NCBI GenBank assembly: GCA_045627785.1
Contig: JAZQOF010000012.1
Location: 1,238 to 65,237 of the forward strand
DNA: 64,000 nt
Source: Bacteroidales bacterium
GTDB taxonomy: Bacteria; Bacteroidota; Bacteroidia; Bacteroidales; UBA3663
Direction of reading: 5' to 3'
Below the pieces are notes generated by a model that searched no databases, had not been told where the DNA came from, and was given only the letters and a program-made list of their open reading frames with translations. The position numbers were made by a program, and so were the translations under genes. Shown in pieces: positions 53,787-63,142 of the stretch. Every line of letters starts with the position of its first letter. Position 1 is the stretch's first letter.

Positions 53787-55676
53787 TTATGAACCGTTTT
53801 GAACATACTGACGGACACTTTCGATGAGTTTTTTGTAGAATTTGTTGTGCGAAAGCGTCTTTGTGTCGCCGAGAATGATCAGTTTCATGCGAGCTCGGGT
53901 TATGGCAACGTTCATGCGGCGCAGGTCGTTGAGGAAGCCGATGCGTCCCTCGTCGTTTCCGCGCACCATCGAGATCATGATCACGTCGCGTTCCTGTCCC
54001 TGGAATCCATCGACGGTGTTGACTGAAATCTGCGAGATGATAGGTTTGAGGTAGTTGCTCTGACGAACGAGTTTTCGTAAAAGCTGAACCTGGGATTTAT
54101 ATGGAGAGATGATGCCGAAATCGACACGGTCGTTGATGATGCGTTCGATGCCGATATTACGGCAATATTCGCGTAACGTCGTAACAAGCAGTAATGCTTC
54201 GGACGAGTTGAGACGGCTTTGCGAGAGAGGATTGAGCTGTTCCTCGAAGCCCATTTCGGATGTGTCGATCCATTCGACTGGAGTGTCGAGCGGCATGATT
54301 GTTCGGTTGGCTACGAATGGATCGGCGACGAGCCTTCCGTCGTAGAACCAGTCGCTTGAGAACTGCATGATATCCTTGTGCATACGGTACTGCACGGTGA
54401 GCAGTTCGACGCATGTCGGCTTCTTCTCTGCCACCTTCTCCATCAGCGTCTTATTGAGTCCTTTTATCTCTGCCTCGCGGCATTTGATGGTAGGAGGGAG
54501 CTGAAGGTGGTCGCCGGCGAATATCACGCGGTCGGATTTGATGATTGCAGCCCAGCACGCGGCTTCAAGAGCCTGTGCCGCCTCGTCGATGAAGAGAGTT
54601 GAGAAATGCCTGCGTTCTAGTACTCGTGAAGCTGTGCCTATCAGTGTCGAAGCAATGACGCGCGACTGGTCGAAGAGGTCCTCGTTGATGCGGATCTCTA
54701 TCTCGGTGGCTCTATTGCGTAACTTGTTGAGGAAGGTGCTGTTGGCTCCGCGTTTCTCACGCAAGGCCTTACGGATATTCCATAGTTCTATGTAGTCGGG
54801 ATGAGCCTCGTAACGTCGTTCGTATGTCGCTTCCAACAGGTTGTCTGACACGCGCATAGGATTACCTACACGGAGCACCGAAATGCCTCGTGCAAGGAGC
54901 TGTTCGCAGATCCAGTCAACGGCTGCATTGCTCTGTGCGCAGACGAGAACCTGTGTCTCTCGCTTGAGCGTCTCGCTGATAGCTTCGACAAGCGTTGTGG
55001 TCTTGCCAGTGCCTGGAGGACCGTGTACGATAGCCACTTCGCGTGCTCTCAGAACCTTCTGGATTGCCGAGTTCTGACTTGTGTTGAGCCAAGGAAAATT
55101 GACGGGTTGTGGCGTGCGGAAACTAGGGTGTCCGTCGCCTATGAGCACATTGCGCAGATTGATCAGTTTCTTGTCTTCGGTCGATCTTATCTTGTTGATG
55201 GCCTCACGCATCACACGATGGCTTGTAGCGTCGAACGAGAGCTGTACGCCGAGCAAGCCCTGCATGGCGTAGTCGCGCAGTATCTCTGCTGCCTGGATGT
55301 TAGGGATAGTGACCTGCATCCGTTGGTCATCGACACGGCTGATGGTGCACTGATAAGGGAAGAAGATAGGCATATCGCCACCTCCTTCGCTCTTGGATGG
55401 TGTTCGGAAGAATGCGACAGGACGTCCAGGCTCGAATTCGTGTTCGATGTCTTTCTGTGCGCCTTCAGCTATAGCCTGATCGTTGTTCACGACTTCGAGC
55501 ACGAGCTGGTTCAGCGCGTTGTAGTATGTGCGTCCGGCAAAGATAGGATACCAGCACTTGCCCTGACGGATGCGTCGTATCACGCCCACATTGCGGCATA
55601 ACTCCTCGTACTCCTGTTTCTCGTAGTCGTATTCGAGTTTGAGGAGGTATTCCTGTTGGGCGAAATATTTCTTCAT
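53787..55676 (-). CDS. superfamily 1 helicase, Upf1/DNA2-like (AAA_11/AAA_12 type)
   Basis: 629 aa. Walker A VHGPPGTGKTTT. Motif II LFIDEAAQALE. Motifs V-VI VDGFQGQERDVIMISMVRGN and RMNVAITRAR. Confidence 0.85.
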   Translation of the reverse strand: MKKYFAQQEYLLKLEYDYEKQEYEELCRNVGVIRRIRQGKCWYPIFAGRTYYNALNQLVLEVVNNDQAIAEGAQKDIEHEFEPGRPVAFFRTPSKSEGGGDMPIFFPYQCTISRVDDQRMQVTIPNIQAAEILRDYAMQGLLGVQLSFDATSHRVMREAINKIRSTEDKKLINLRNVLIGDGHPSFRTPQPVNFPWLNTSQNSAIQKVLRAREVAIVHGPPGTGKTTTLVEAISETLKRETQVLVCAQSNAAVDWICEQLLARGISVLRVGNPMRVSDNLLEATYERRYEAHPDYIELWNIRKALREKRGANSTFLNKLRNRATEIEIRINEDLFDQSRVIASTLIGTASRVLERRHFSTLFIDEAAQALEAACWAAIIKSDRVIFAGDHLQLPPTIKCREAEIKGLNKTLMEKVAEKKPTCVELLTVQYRMHKDIMQFSSDWFYDGRLVADPFVANRTIMPLDTPVEWIDTSEMGFEEQLNPLSQSRLNSSEALLLVTTLREYCRNIGIERIINDRVDFGIISPYKSQVQLLRKLVRQSNYLKPIISQISVNTVDGFQGQERDVIMISMVRGNDEGRIGFLNDLRRMNVAITRARMKLIILGDTKTLSHNKFYKKLIESVRQYVQNGS

Positions 55677-57775
55677 CAGTTCTGGAGATCTACCACAATG
55701 CCGTATTCCATGCGGAATGGGCTCTGTGGGTAATATGGCATGTTGAATGTATCGTTGGTAACAGCGTGGTCAAGTGTATTGTTGATCATGAGGAAGAACT
55801 TGATACGCTTGAGGTTGGCATTGAGATATGTGTTGAGGATCGGATATCCGCCGCACTTTATCTCGTCCTGTACGGCAAACTGCTGTGTTGCCGGCTGATA
55901 GGTTGGTGCGTAGTACTTTGTGTTGTAATAGCAGGTCGCACCGAGTTGCATTGCGAGCACCTTGGCAATCTTGAACCGGAAGGAGAGATCCGAGCGCACA
56001 CAGAACTTAGGCAGAGGCAATACGTCGTCCTGAGTTGAAGTCTGAACAAGAAGGGTGTTGTCCCAATAGAGCCAGCTGCCTGCCTTGATTCCCTGGTTTA
56101 GTTCGAGACTGAAGATATCTATCTGTCCGCCATACTGATACGGCTTGAAGTCCTTGCTGTCGAAATATATGTAGTTGCTGATATGTTCGATGCCTGCACG
56201 TACGGAAGTCAGAGTGCGCGACAGCTTCGCCGTACCATCGATGTGGAATTTCTGGATAGGGCTGAAGTCTTCGCTCCACTTGAAATGGTTGCTGAAATAG
56301 TGGTTCATCATGTAGCTCGGATGCGTATTCCTGAAGAATCCGCGAGCCTTGAGTGTGATGCTGTCCCTGCGAAGTCCTGTCTCCGGGTTTCTTCTGCCGA
56401 AAGGTATCACCGTCTGGATATCGCCTGTGATATCGACATCTCCGAGTTTGTCGCCCGAGACAGCTGTTCGTGCGGTCACGTCGAGTGTGAGAGCCGACGA
56501 CTGGTGACGGCTGAGCTGACCACCGAGCCAGATGTTGTTGGAACTATGTTCCCTCTCGATGAAATCCAGATTAAGCGAATCAACAAGATTGACATAGCTT
56601 TGGTGTTCCCAACCAATGAAAGCCGAAAGACCGAGCTGCGACCATTTGCTGAAACCTTCATTGAGGCGTAGACCTACATAGGTAGAGAAATTATTGTAAC
56701 TTGTTGAGTCGTTGGTCTCTGATATGTCGTAATAATTGTTAGGGAAGAAGCCTTCCTCTGTCTGGTCTGCACCACGCCCCATCTTGAACGAGTGTTTGTA
56801 GTGCTGGAAGTCAACTGTATGGAAGATCGTTCCGACAGGGATGAATTCGTCCCAAACGGCAGTGTCGCCCGCTGTCGTATCATTCCGCTCCACCCATTTG
56901 CCGAAGTCGTACGAATGGTTGAAATGGATGTTGTAGTGATCGGTAGTGTTCCAAGCGTCGTTCAGCTTTGTCGGCATCGAACGAGGATTGGTGAAGTTGT
57001 CGTTGTAGAAATCCGGATGAAGAGTGTGTTCGCGGTCGAGCACGCCACCCCATTCCTGATTGGCATATTTGCTGAGGTTGAACGAGAAGTTCGCCTTGTA
57101 GAGATCGCTCTTGTAATAGAGGTATGATACCCACTTGAGCGGCTTGGTTGACGAACTTGTATATTCGCCTCGGGCATATACGTAGTCGAGCATGGTTCCG
57201 ATACCGATGTTCGGCTTGATGTTTCCCGCAAAGTCGATCATCAGGTGGTCGTTGGAATGAACCGACGAACCGGAATTGGAATATGATGCGACAGTGAAAG
57301 GAATCTTTGTGTTGTAGTATTTCACCTCGCTTGCATCGACCGCAAAGAGATGGTAGGCGTTGGCGAACATGAAATCCTTGTCTTCCTTGCGCGAGAAATA
57401 CTCGTTGACCAAGTGCGGTGAATACAAGTTGCTTGTATAGCTCACCGCCATCGCCTTCGATTCCATTACCGAGTGGTTGCAAAGACCTATATAGCTTGTG
57501 TCCGGTTCTGCCTTGTAGGTGTTTCCTGTCAAAGGATCGAGATACCAGCAGTAACGATCGTCCGGCGGGTCGATACAAGGATCCTCACCGTCGTCATCCT
57601 TGTCCTTCGACGAAGAGCTGCTTGATCTTGACGAACTGCTTGAGCGCGACATTCCGCCTCCAAAACCGCCCAACGACTTAGTGTTGTCGAGCTGTCTTGA
57701 CTGGAACTGTGCCTGAAGCGGAAGGCAAAGCACAGAAAGTATCAGAACTACTGTATATCGGAAAAGTCTGCTCAT
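55676..57775 (-). CDS. porin-like outer-membrane beta-barrel protein (Bacteroidetes 'putative porin' type)
   Basis: I chose the start at ATG 57775 (MSRLFRYTVVLILSVLCLPLQAQ signal peptide), downstream of a TAACTTTG box. Ser-rich linker, then about 600 aa of beta-rich sequence ending in EYGIVVDLQN. Its stop overlaps the helicase start (TGATG). Confidence 0.6.
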   Translation of the reverse strand: MSRLFRYTVVLILSVLCLPLQAQFQSRQLDNTKSLGGFGGGMSRSSSSSRSSSSSSKDKDDDGEDPCIDPPDDRYCWYLDPLTGNTYKAEPDTSYIGLCNHSVMESKAMAVSYTSNLYSPHLVNEYFSRKEDKDFMFANAYHLFAVDASEVKYYNTKIPFTVASYSNSGSSVHSNDHLMIDFAGNIKPNIGIGTMLDYVYARGEYTSSSTKPLKWVSYLYYKSDLYKANFSFNLSKYANQEWGGVLDREHTLHPDFYNDNFTNPRSMPTKLNDAWNTTDHYNIHFNHSYDFGKWVERNDTTAGDTAVWDEFIPVGTIFHTVDFQHYKHSFKMGRGADQTEEGFFPNNYYDISETNDSTSYNNFSTYVGLRLNEGFSKWSQLGLSAFIGWEHQSYVNLVDSLNLDFIEREHSSNNIWLGGQLSRHQSSALTLDVTARTAVSGDKLGDVDITGDIQTVIPFGRRNPETGLRRDSITLKARGFFRNTHPSYMMNHYFSNHFKWSEDFSPIQKFHIDGTAKLSRTLTSVRAGIEHISNYIYFDSKDFKPYQYGGQIDIFSLELNQGIKAGSWLYWDNTLLVQTSTQDDVLPLPKFCVRSDLSFRFKIAKVLAMQLGATCYYNTKYYAPTYQPATQQFAVQDEIKCGGYPILNTYLNANLKRIKFFLMINNTLDHAVTNDTFNMPYYPQSPFRMEYGIVVDLQN

Positions 57776-57795
57776 TATTATATATATAGTGGGCG

Positions 57796-57803
57796 CAAAG
57801 TTA
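57796..57803 (-). promoter_or_regulatory. candidate -7 box (TAACTTTG on minus strand) for the porin-helicase pair
   Basis: TAnnTTTG match with a TTTG 20 nt upstream, 20 nt before ATG 57775. Confidence 0.5.
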
Positions 57804-57885
57804 CTGTTTTGCGTCGAGAAAAGCAAATAAATTAACACGTAACGGTTAATTTTACTTAATCAATTAACATTTTCTTGCGAAAGAT

Positions 57886-57916
57886 TTTGCAGTTTTAAGA
57901 TTTTTAGTTAATTTTG
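57886..57916 (+). promoter_or_regulatory. candidate promoter (TTTG-N19-TAATTTTG) for the two-component operon
   Basis: TTTG at 57886-57889 and TAATTTTG at 57909-57916. This supports ATG 57938 as the start rather than 57914. Confidence 0.5.
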
Positions 57917-57937
57917 CGCCGTAAAGTTAAAATTGAT

Positions 57938-59503
57938 ATGAAGAAGACAACGATTTGGTTTATAACAACTGTTCTGGTGATGGCTTTTGTGGGCCTGATT
58001 GCCATTCAGATGTCCTATCTTCAGGAAACCATAGATATACGACGCGATCAGTTCGACCAGACTGTCAAACGAGGTCTGTGGCGCATTGCCCGCGAGATGG
58101 AAAGAGCTGAGACCGAGGCATATCTTCAGGAAAACTACGACGATGCACAGCGTCAGCTGCTCGAGTCGCTTTCGCAGGATGATGATTATGGGACTCCATC
58201 CATCAGCCAGCATGGAAAGATTACCGTAACAGGTCCTGACGGTTCGGTTTCTACATTCGAGTTCTCAGGCACAATGACCGACAGCACTCAGACATCGTCG
58301 CCATTCAGACTGTCGAAGAAGCACGGTCGTAATACCATCCAGAATAGTCAGAAGGCTATGCAGGAGATGTTGAGAGAGCAGTATCTGCATCAGAAGGCTG
58401 TGCTCGACGATGTGATCTTCAGAATCCTCTCGCAGACCAACGATAAGCCTATCATGGAGCGTCTCGATATCAATAAGCTGATGATCACGCTCGATCAGGA
58501 GTTCGAAGGAATGGGAATCTTCCTCGACTATGAGTTCTGCATCATCGACAAAGACGGACAGATTGTTTACGATACCAACAACTTCACGACAAAAGAGGCT
58601 GAGAAATCGGGAATTTTCCTTCAGCCGCTCTTCAACAGCAATGTGTCGTCGAGAGTGAGCTATATCGAGATCTATTTCCCTGAAAGAAACAAGTTTGTGT
58701 TCCAGTCGGGAATGCAGTTCATGATTCCTTCGTTCGCCTTCTCGCTCATCATCCTTCTGCTTTTCACATTCGTGATCGTGGTTGTTTTCCGCCAGAAGAA
58801 ACTCTCGGAGATGAAGAACGATTTCATCAACAACATGACACATGAATTCAAAACGCCGATCAGCACAATCTCACTCGCTTCGCAGATGTTGACCGACCCG
58901 GCAGTAAGCAAGTCTCCGGCAATGCTCGATCATGTGAGCGGAGTGATTGCCGATGAGACCAAGCGCCTCAGATTCCAGGTAGAGAAGGTATTGCAGATGT
59001 CGATGTTCGACCGTCAGAAGACCAATCTCAAGCTGAGTGATATTCCAGTCAACGAGATTGTGGCTAATGTAGTCAATACATTCACGCTCAAGGTGGAAAA
59101 GGCAGGCGGAAAGATAGAGTCGCATCTCGATGCTGACGATGATATCTGTATGGTCGATGAGATGCATTTTACCAACGTGATCTTCAACCTTCTCGACAAT
59201 GCTTACAAATATGCGCGCGAAGAAGTGCCTCTGCATCTTGTCGTTTCGACCAGAAATGTGGGTAAGGACAAGCTTGAGATCCGAATCAAGGATAATGGTA
59301 TCGGCATCAAGTCGGACAATCTCAAGAAGATCTTCGAGAAGTTCTACCGAGTTCCGACCGGCAACGTGCACAATGTCAAGGGCTTCGGTCTGGGTCTTTC
59401 ATACGTGATGAAGATAGTGAAGGATCATGGCGGAGACATAAAGGCAGAAAGTGAACTCGGACAAGGCACAACATTTATCATCCTTATGCCGTTGCTTTCT
59501 TAA
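57938..59503 (+). CDS. rprX: sensor histidine kinase (RprX-like)
   Basis: TM helices (TTIWFITTVLVMAFVGLIAI, FAFSLIILLLFTFVIVVVF). H-box NMTHEFKTPIS. N-box NLLDNAYKY. G-boxes DNGIGI and GFGLGLS. The symbol is assigned by analogy and is moderately uncertain. Confidence 0.85.
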   Translation: MKKTTIWFITTVLVMAFVGLIAIQMSYLQETIDIRRDQFDQTVKRGLWRIAREMERAETEAYLQENYDDAQRQLLESLSQDDDYGTPSISQHGKITVTGPDGSVSTFEFSGTMTDSTQTSSPFRLSKKHGRNTIQNSQKAMQEMLREQYLHQKAVLDDVIFRILSQTNDKPIMERLDINKLMITLDQEFEGMGIFLDYEFCIIDKDGQIVYDTNNFTTKEAEKSGIFLQPLFNSNVSSRVSYIEIYFPERNKFVFQSGMQFMIPSFAFSLIILLLFTFVIVVVFRQKKLSEMKNDFINNMTHEFKTPISTISLASQMLTDPAVSKSPAMLDHVSGVIADETKRLRFQVEKVLQMSMFDRQKTNLKLSDIPVNEIVANVVNTFTLKVEKAGGKIESHLDADDDICMVDEMHFTNVIFNLLDNAYKYAREEVPLHLVVSTRNVGKDKLEIRIKDNGIGIKSDNLKKIFEKFYRVPTGNVHNVKGFGLGLSYVMKIVKDHGGDIKAESELGQGTTFIILMPLLS

Positions 59504-59507
59504 GCAA

Positions 59508-59576
59508 GTTGAAAATTAAAAGTTAAAAATTGATTGCAGCGCGAAGCTAATTATCAATTGTCAATTATCAATTAAT
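59508..59576. repeat. bipartite AT-rich element in the kinase-regulator spacer (A-rich arm + ATCAATT heptamer arm)
   Basis: gttgaaaattaaaagttaaaaattgatt, then gcagcgcgaagc, then taattatcaattgtcaattatcaattaat. Confidence 0.9.
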
Positions 59577-59588
59577 ATTATATAGAGT

Positions 59589-60314
59589 ATGATTAATCAA
59601 GACAAAGACAAACTCCGTCTCCTCCTTTGTGAAGACGATGAGAACTTGGGTATGCTTCTTCGTGAGTATGTACAGGCTAAGGGTTATATCTGCGACCTTT
59701 TCGAAGATGGTGAAGCAGGATTCAAGGCATTCCAGAGAGGAAACTACGACTTCTGTATCCTCGACGTTATGATGCCTAAGAAAGACGGTTTCACATTAGC
59801 TCAGGATATCCGTAGCATCAACTCGGATATTCCTATCATCTTCCTCACAGCCAAGTCTTTGAAAGAGGATATCCTCGAAGGTTTCCGTATCGGTGGCGAT
59901 GACTATATCACAAAGCCATTCTCGATGGAAGAGCTCATCTTCCGTATCGAAGCTATCTTGCGTCGCGTGAAGGGCAGTAAGGGTAGGGATGTTGTGGCTT
60001 ACAAGGTAGGTCAGTTTGTCTTCGATGTACAGAAGCAGACACTCTCTCTCAACGGCGGTGAACCAGATAAGCTCACAACCAAGGAATGTGATCTTTTGAG
60101 CCTTCTCTGTGCTCATGCCAACGATATTCTTGAGCGTAACTTCGCACTCAAGACAATCTGGATCGACGATAACTATTTCAATGCACGATCAATGGATGTT
60201 TACATCACAAAACTCCGCAAGAAACTGAAGGATGACGAGAGCATTGAGATCATAAACATCCACGGAAAGGGATATAAGCTTATTGTCTCGGATATCGAGG
60301 CAATGACAAAGTAA
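59589..60314 (+). CDS. rprY: OmpR/PhoB-family response regulator (RprY-like)
   Basis: 241 aa. Receiver domain LRLLLCEDDENLGMLLREY...ILDVMMPKKDGF...IIFLTAK. Winged-helix C-terminus YITKLRKKL...HGKGYKL. Confidence 0.88.
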   Translation: MINQDKDKLRLLLCEDDENLGMLLREYVQAKGYICDLFEDGEAGFKAFQRGNYDFCILDVMMPKKDGFTLAQDIRSINSDIPIIFLTAKSLKEDILEGFRIGGDDYITKPFSMEELIFRIEAILRRVKGSKGRDVVAYKVGQFVFDVQKQTLSLNGGEPDKLTTKECDLLSLLCAHANDILERNFALKTIWIDDNYFNARSMDVYITKLRKKLKDDESIEIINIHGKGYKLIVSDIEAMTK

Positions 60315-60318
60315 TCAG

Positions 60319-61275
60319 TTAGTTGATCTTTGTTTCAGGTACGCGTCCTGCGGCGAATGTGTCGAGGCTCCTGAATGCGACATCGATGAGTCGTGTACGA
60401 GCCTCGAACGATGTCCAGGCAACGTGCGACGTGATATAGGCATTAGGCAATTTCCATAGCGGATTGTCTTCAAGCGCCGGTTCTGTAGTCAGTACATCTG
60501 TGCAATATGCACGTATCTGTCCGGAACTGAGCGCTTTTGCCATATCCTCCTGATTGACCAATGGTCCGCGACTGGTGTTCACCACAACTGCCGATGGTTT
60601 CATCAATGCAAGAGTCGAAGCGCAAACAATGCCTTTTGTCGATTCGGAAAGCGGACAGTGAAGCGAAAGGAAATCGCTCTGTGCGAACAGTTCCTCTTTT
60701 GTTACCTTTCTGACACCAGCAGGAAGTGCCGATGCATCCTTGCTTGTCAAGGCACAGACATCCATGCCGAAAGCCAAGGCTATCTGACACACCTTCATTC
60801 CGATGTTACCCAATCCCACAATACCGAGAGTCTTGCCGGCGAGATCCGAAAGAGGATTGACAAGATAGGTTGGTGACTCGCTCTTGCACCATTCGCCTTC
60901 GTGTACACGTCGGTTGTAGTCGGCAACAGAGTTGGTGATGTTGAGGATATGGGCAATCGTTGTCTGAGCCACGCTGTCGGTACTGTATGCAGGGACATTC
61001 GTCACTACAATACCGTGTTCGGCAGCTGCCTTCAGATCCACGTTGTTGTATCCTGTAGCGAGCACGCCGATATACTTCAGCTTTGGCAGTTGTGCTATCT
61101 CCTCTGCAAGAAGCAGGGATTTGTTGGCAAGAACCGCGTCGGCATCTTTTGCGCGTTCCACAACCTTATCCCGTCCTGTGTAATCATAAACTGTTACCGA
61201 ACCGAGTTTCTCAAATGCTTTCCACGACAAGTCACCCGGGTTGGCTGTATAGCCATCAAGAATCACTATATTCAT
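60319..61275 (-). CDS. D-isomer-specific 2-hydroxyacid dehydrogenase (glycerate dehydrogenase-like)
   Basis: Start at ATG 61275 (MNIVILDGYT). NAD-binding GIVGLGNIG. NTSRGPLV and SHVAW catalytic-region motifs. Confidence 0.85.
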   Translation of the reverse strand: MNIVILDGYTANPGDLSWKAFEKLGSVTVYDYTGRDKVVERAKDADAVLANKSLLLAEEIAQLPKLKYIGVLATGYNNVDLKAAAEHGIVVTNVPAYSTDSVAQTTIAHILNITNSVADYNRRVHEGEWCKSESPTYLVNPLSDLAGKTLGIVGLGNIGMKVCQIALAFGMDVCALTSKDASALPAGVRKVTKEELFAQSDFLSLHCPLSESTKGIVCASTLALMKPSAVVVNTSRGPLVNQEDMAKALSSGQIRAYCTDVLTTEPALEDNPLWKLPNAYITSHVAWTSFEARTRLIDVAFRSLDTFAAGRVPETKIN

Positions 61276-61382
61276 AACTTTTTTCGCGTTTATTTGTGCA
61301 CAAATATATCCTTTTTTCATTGAAAACACACATTATTGAGTAAAAAAGAGTGATTAGATTTGTTTGTTACCGCTAATATGAG

Positions 61383-61390
61383 TATTTTTG
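61383..61390 (+). promoter_or_regulatory. candidate -7 box (TATTTTTG)
   Basis: TAnnTTTG match 29 nt upstream of ATG 61420. Confidence 0.4.
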
Positions 61391-61419
61391 CGATAATGTA
61401 ATGTAATAAATTAGACAAT

Positions 61420-61947
61420 ATGGTATATCACTTTGTAATTCTTAGCGATGAAGTAGATAACTTCCGCCGTGAGATAGATATCGATGCCGAGGCAACCTTC
61501 CTCGACCTTCACAATATTATCGTCAAGACTTGTAAATACAAGAGCGATGAGATGGCAAGCTTCTATACTTGTGCGCCAGACTGGTCGAAGATGGACGAGA
61601 TCACATTGCTCGATATGAACGAGGATCCTACTCGCGAGGACAGTCTCGTTATGGAAAAGTGTCACCTCGACGATTACCTCAAGTCCGAGAAGTCAAAGCT
61701 TATGTATTGTTTCGACATGATGTGCGACCGTTATCTCTACATCCAGCTCAAGAGCATCGAGACAAAGGCTCACAAGCTTAAGCCAGAAGTGACACTCTCG
61801 AAGGGCGACGCTCCAAAGCAGCAGGGCGAAATTGAGGATATCTTTGCCGATGGACCGGATCTCTACGGTGACGAGAACTATGATCCAGACGAATTGGATC
61901 TCGACGGATATCAGGATCTTGATGAAATGGAAAGTGGAGGCTATTGA
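61420..61947 (+). CDS. small conserved protein with acidic C-terminal tail (pRiA4b ORF3 / IS1096 TnpR-passenger-like domain?)
   Basis: 175-aa ORF. The N-terminal MVYHFVILSDEVDNFRREIDIDAEATFLDLHNIIV pattern is recalled from Bacteroidales homologues. The tail DENYDPDELDLDGYQDLDEMESGGY is acidic. The assignment is tentative. Confidence 0.5.
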   Translation: MVYHFVILSDEVDNFRREIDIDAEATFLDLHNIIVKTCKYKSDEMASFYTCAPDWSKMDEITLLDMNEDPTREDSLVMEKCHLDDYLKSEKSKLMYCFDMMCDRYLYIQLKSIETKAHKLKPEVTLSKGDAPKQQGEIEDIFADGPDLYGDENYDPDELDLDGYQDLDEMESGGY

Positions 61948-61948
61948 T

Positions 61949-63115
61949 ATGAAATACGATTTTGACCAGGTCATCGACCGCAGAAATACATCTGCATATA
62001 AATACGACCGTCTCGAACAGTTCTTCGGACGCGCCGATCTGCTTCCTCTCTGGGTGGCAGATATGGATTTTGCTACACCAGATTTCATTCTCGATACTAT
62101 CCGCAAGCGTATAGAGCATCCTGTATTGGGTTATACCCGTGATCCTCAGGATTGGGCACCTTCCATCATCGATTGGGAGAAGTCTCATCATGGATGGGAG
62201 ATTGCACCTGACAGCCTTTGTTTCATCAACGGTATCATGAAGGGTCTTGGTCTTGCCATCAGCAGATTGGTGCCTGAAGGAAAGAAAGTCATCGTGCAGC
62301 CACCTGTATATCACATGTTCAAGTATGTGGTTGACGGCAACGAACGCGAGATAGTATATAATCCGCTCAAGGAACGCGAGGACGGTCTCTATGACATGGA
62401 CTTCGAGAATCTCGAACAGGTGATCGACGACGATTGCCGTATGCTTCTCCTTGCCAATCCTCACAATCCTGGTGGTGTGTGCTGGTCAAAGGAAACCCTC
62501 GCCAAGCTTGCTGAAATATGTGCCAAGCACAACATCATAGTTATCTCGGACGAGATCCATGCCGATATGGCTGTCTTCGGACACAAGCACATTCCATTTG
62601 CTACTGTCAGCGAGACAGCTGCACAGAACAGTATCACGTTCGGCGCTCCTACAAAGGTATTCAACATGCCGGGTATCATCTCTGCATGGGCAGTTGTTCC
62701 AAACCCGGAACTTCGTCACAAGTTTGTCGATTGGCTCGATGGTCTTGAGTTGCTCGACTCGAATATCTTTGCCATGCCTGCAGCAATTGCAGCATATAGA
62801 AAAGGTGAGGAGTGGCGTCAGCAGATGCTCGCTTATGTCGAGGATAACATCCGCTTCGTCGAGGAATACTGCAAGGATAATCTTCCAGGCATCCGTCCTG
62901 TACGTCCTGAGGCAAGCTTCCTCGTATGGCTCGACTGTCGTGGTCTCAACCTCAAGCAGAAGGATCTCGTCGATCTCTTTGTCAACAAGGCACGTCTTGC
63001 ATTCAATATCGGAACCATCTTCGGTGAAGGCGGTGAAGGTCACATGCGTCTCAATGTCGCAACACCTCGCACAGTGCTCAAACAGGCACTCGATCAGCTC
63101 AAGGCAGCAATGTAA
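61949..63115 (+). CDS. patB: PLP-dependent C-S lyase (MalY/PatB-type cystathionine beta-lyase)
   Basis: Start at ATG 61949, 2 nt after the upstream stop. N-terminal FDQVIDRRNTSAYKYD and WVADMDF are typical of the family. PLP-Lys context GAPTKVFNMPG. Confidence 0.85.
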   Translation: MKYDFDQVIDRRNTSAYKYDRLEQFFGRADLLPLWVADMDFATPDFILDTIRKRIEHPVLGYTRDPQDWAPSIIDWEKSHHGWEIAPDSLCFINGIMKGLGLAISRLVPEGKKVIVQPPVYHMFKYVVDGNEREIVYNPLKEREDGLYDMDFENLEQVIDDDCRMLLLANPHNPGGVCWSKETLAKLAEICAKHNIIVISDEIHADMAVFGHKHIPFATVSETAAQNSITFGAPTKVFNMPGIISAWAVVPNPELRHKFVDWLDGLELLDSNIFAMPAAIAAYRKGEEWRQQMLAYVEDNIRFVEEYCKDNLPGIRPVRPEASFLVWLDCRGLNLKQKDLVDLFVNKARLAFNIGTIFGEGGEGHMRLNVATPRTVLKQALDQLKAAM

Positions 63116-63142
63116 ACACAATCAAATCAAAAATAACGCTTA

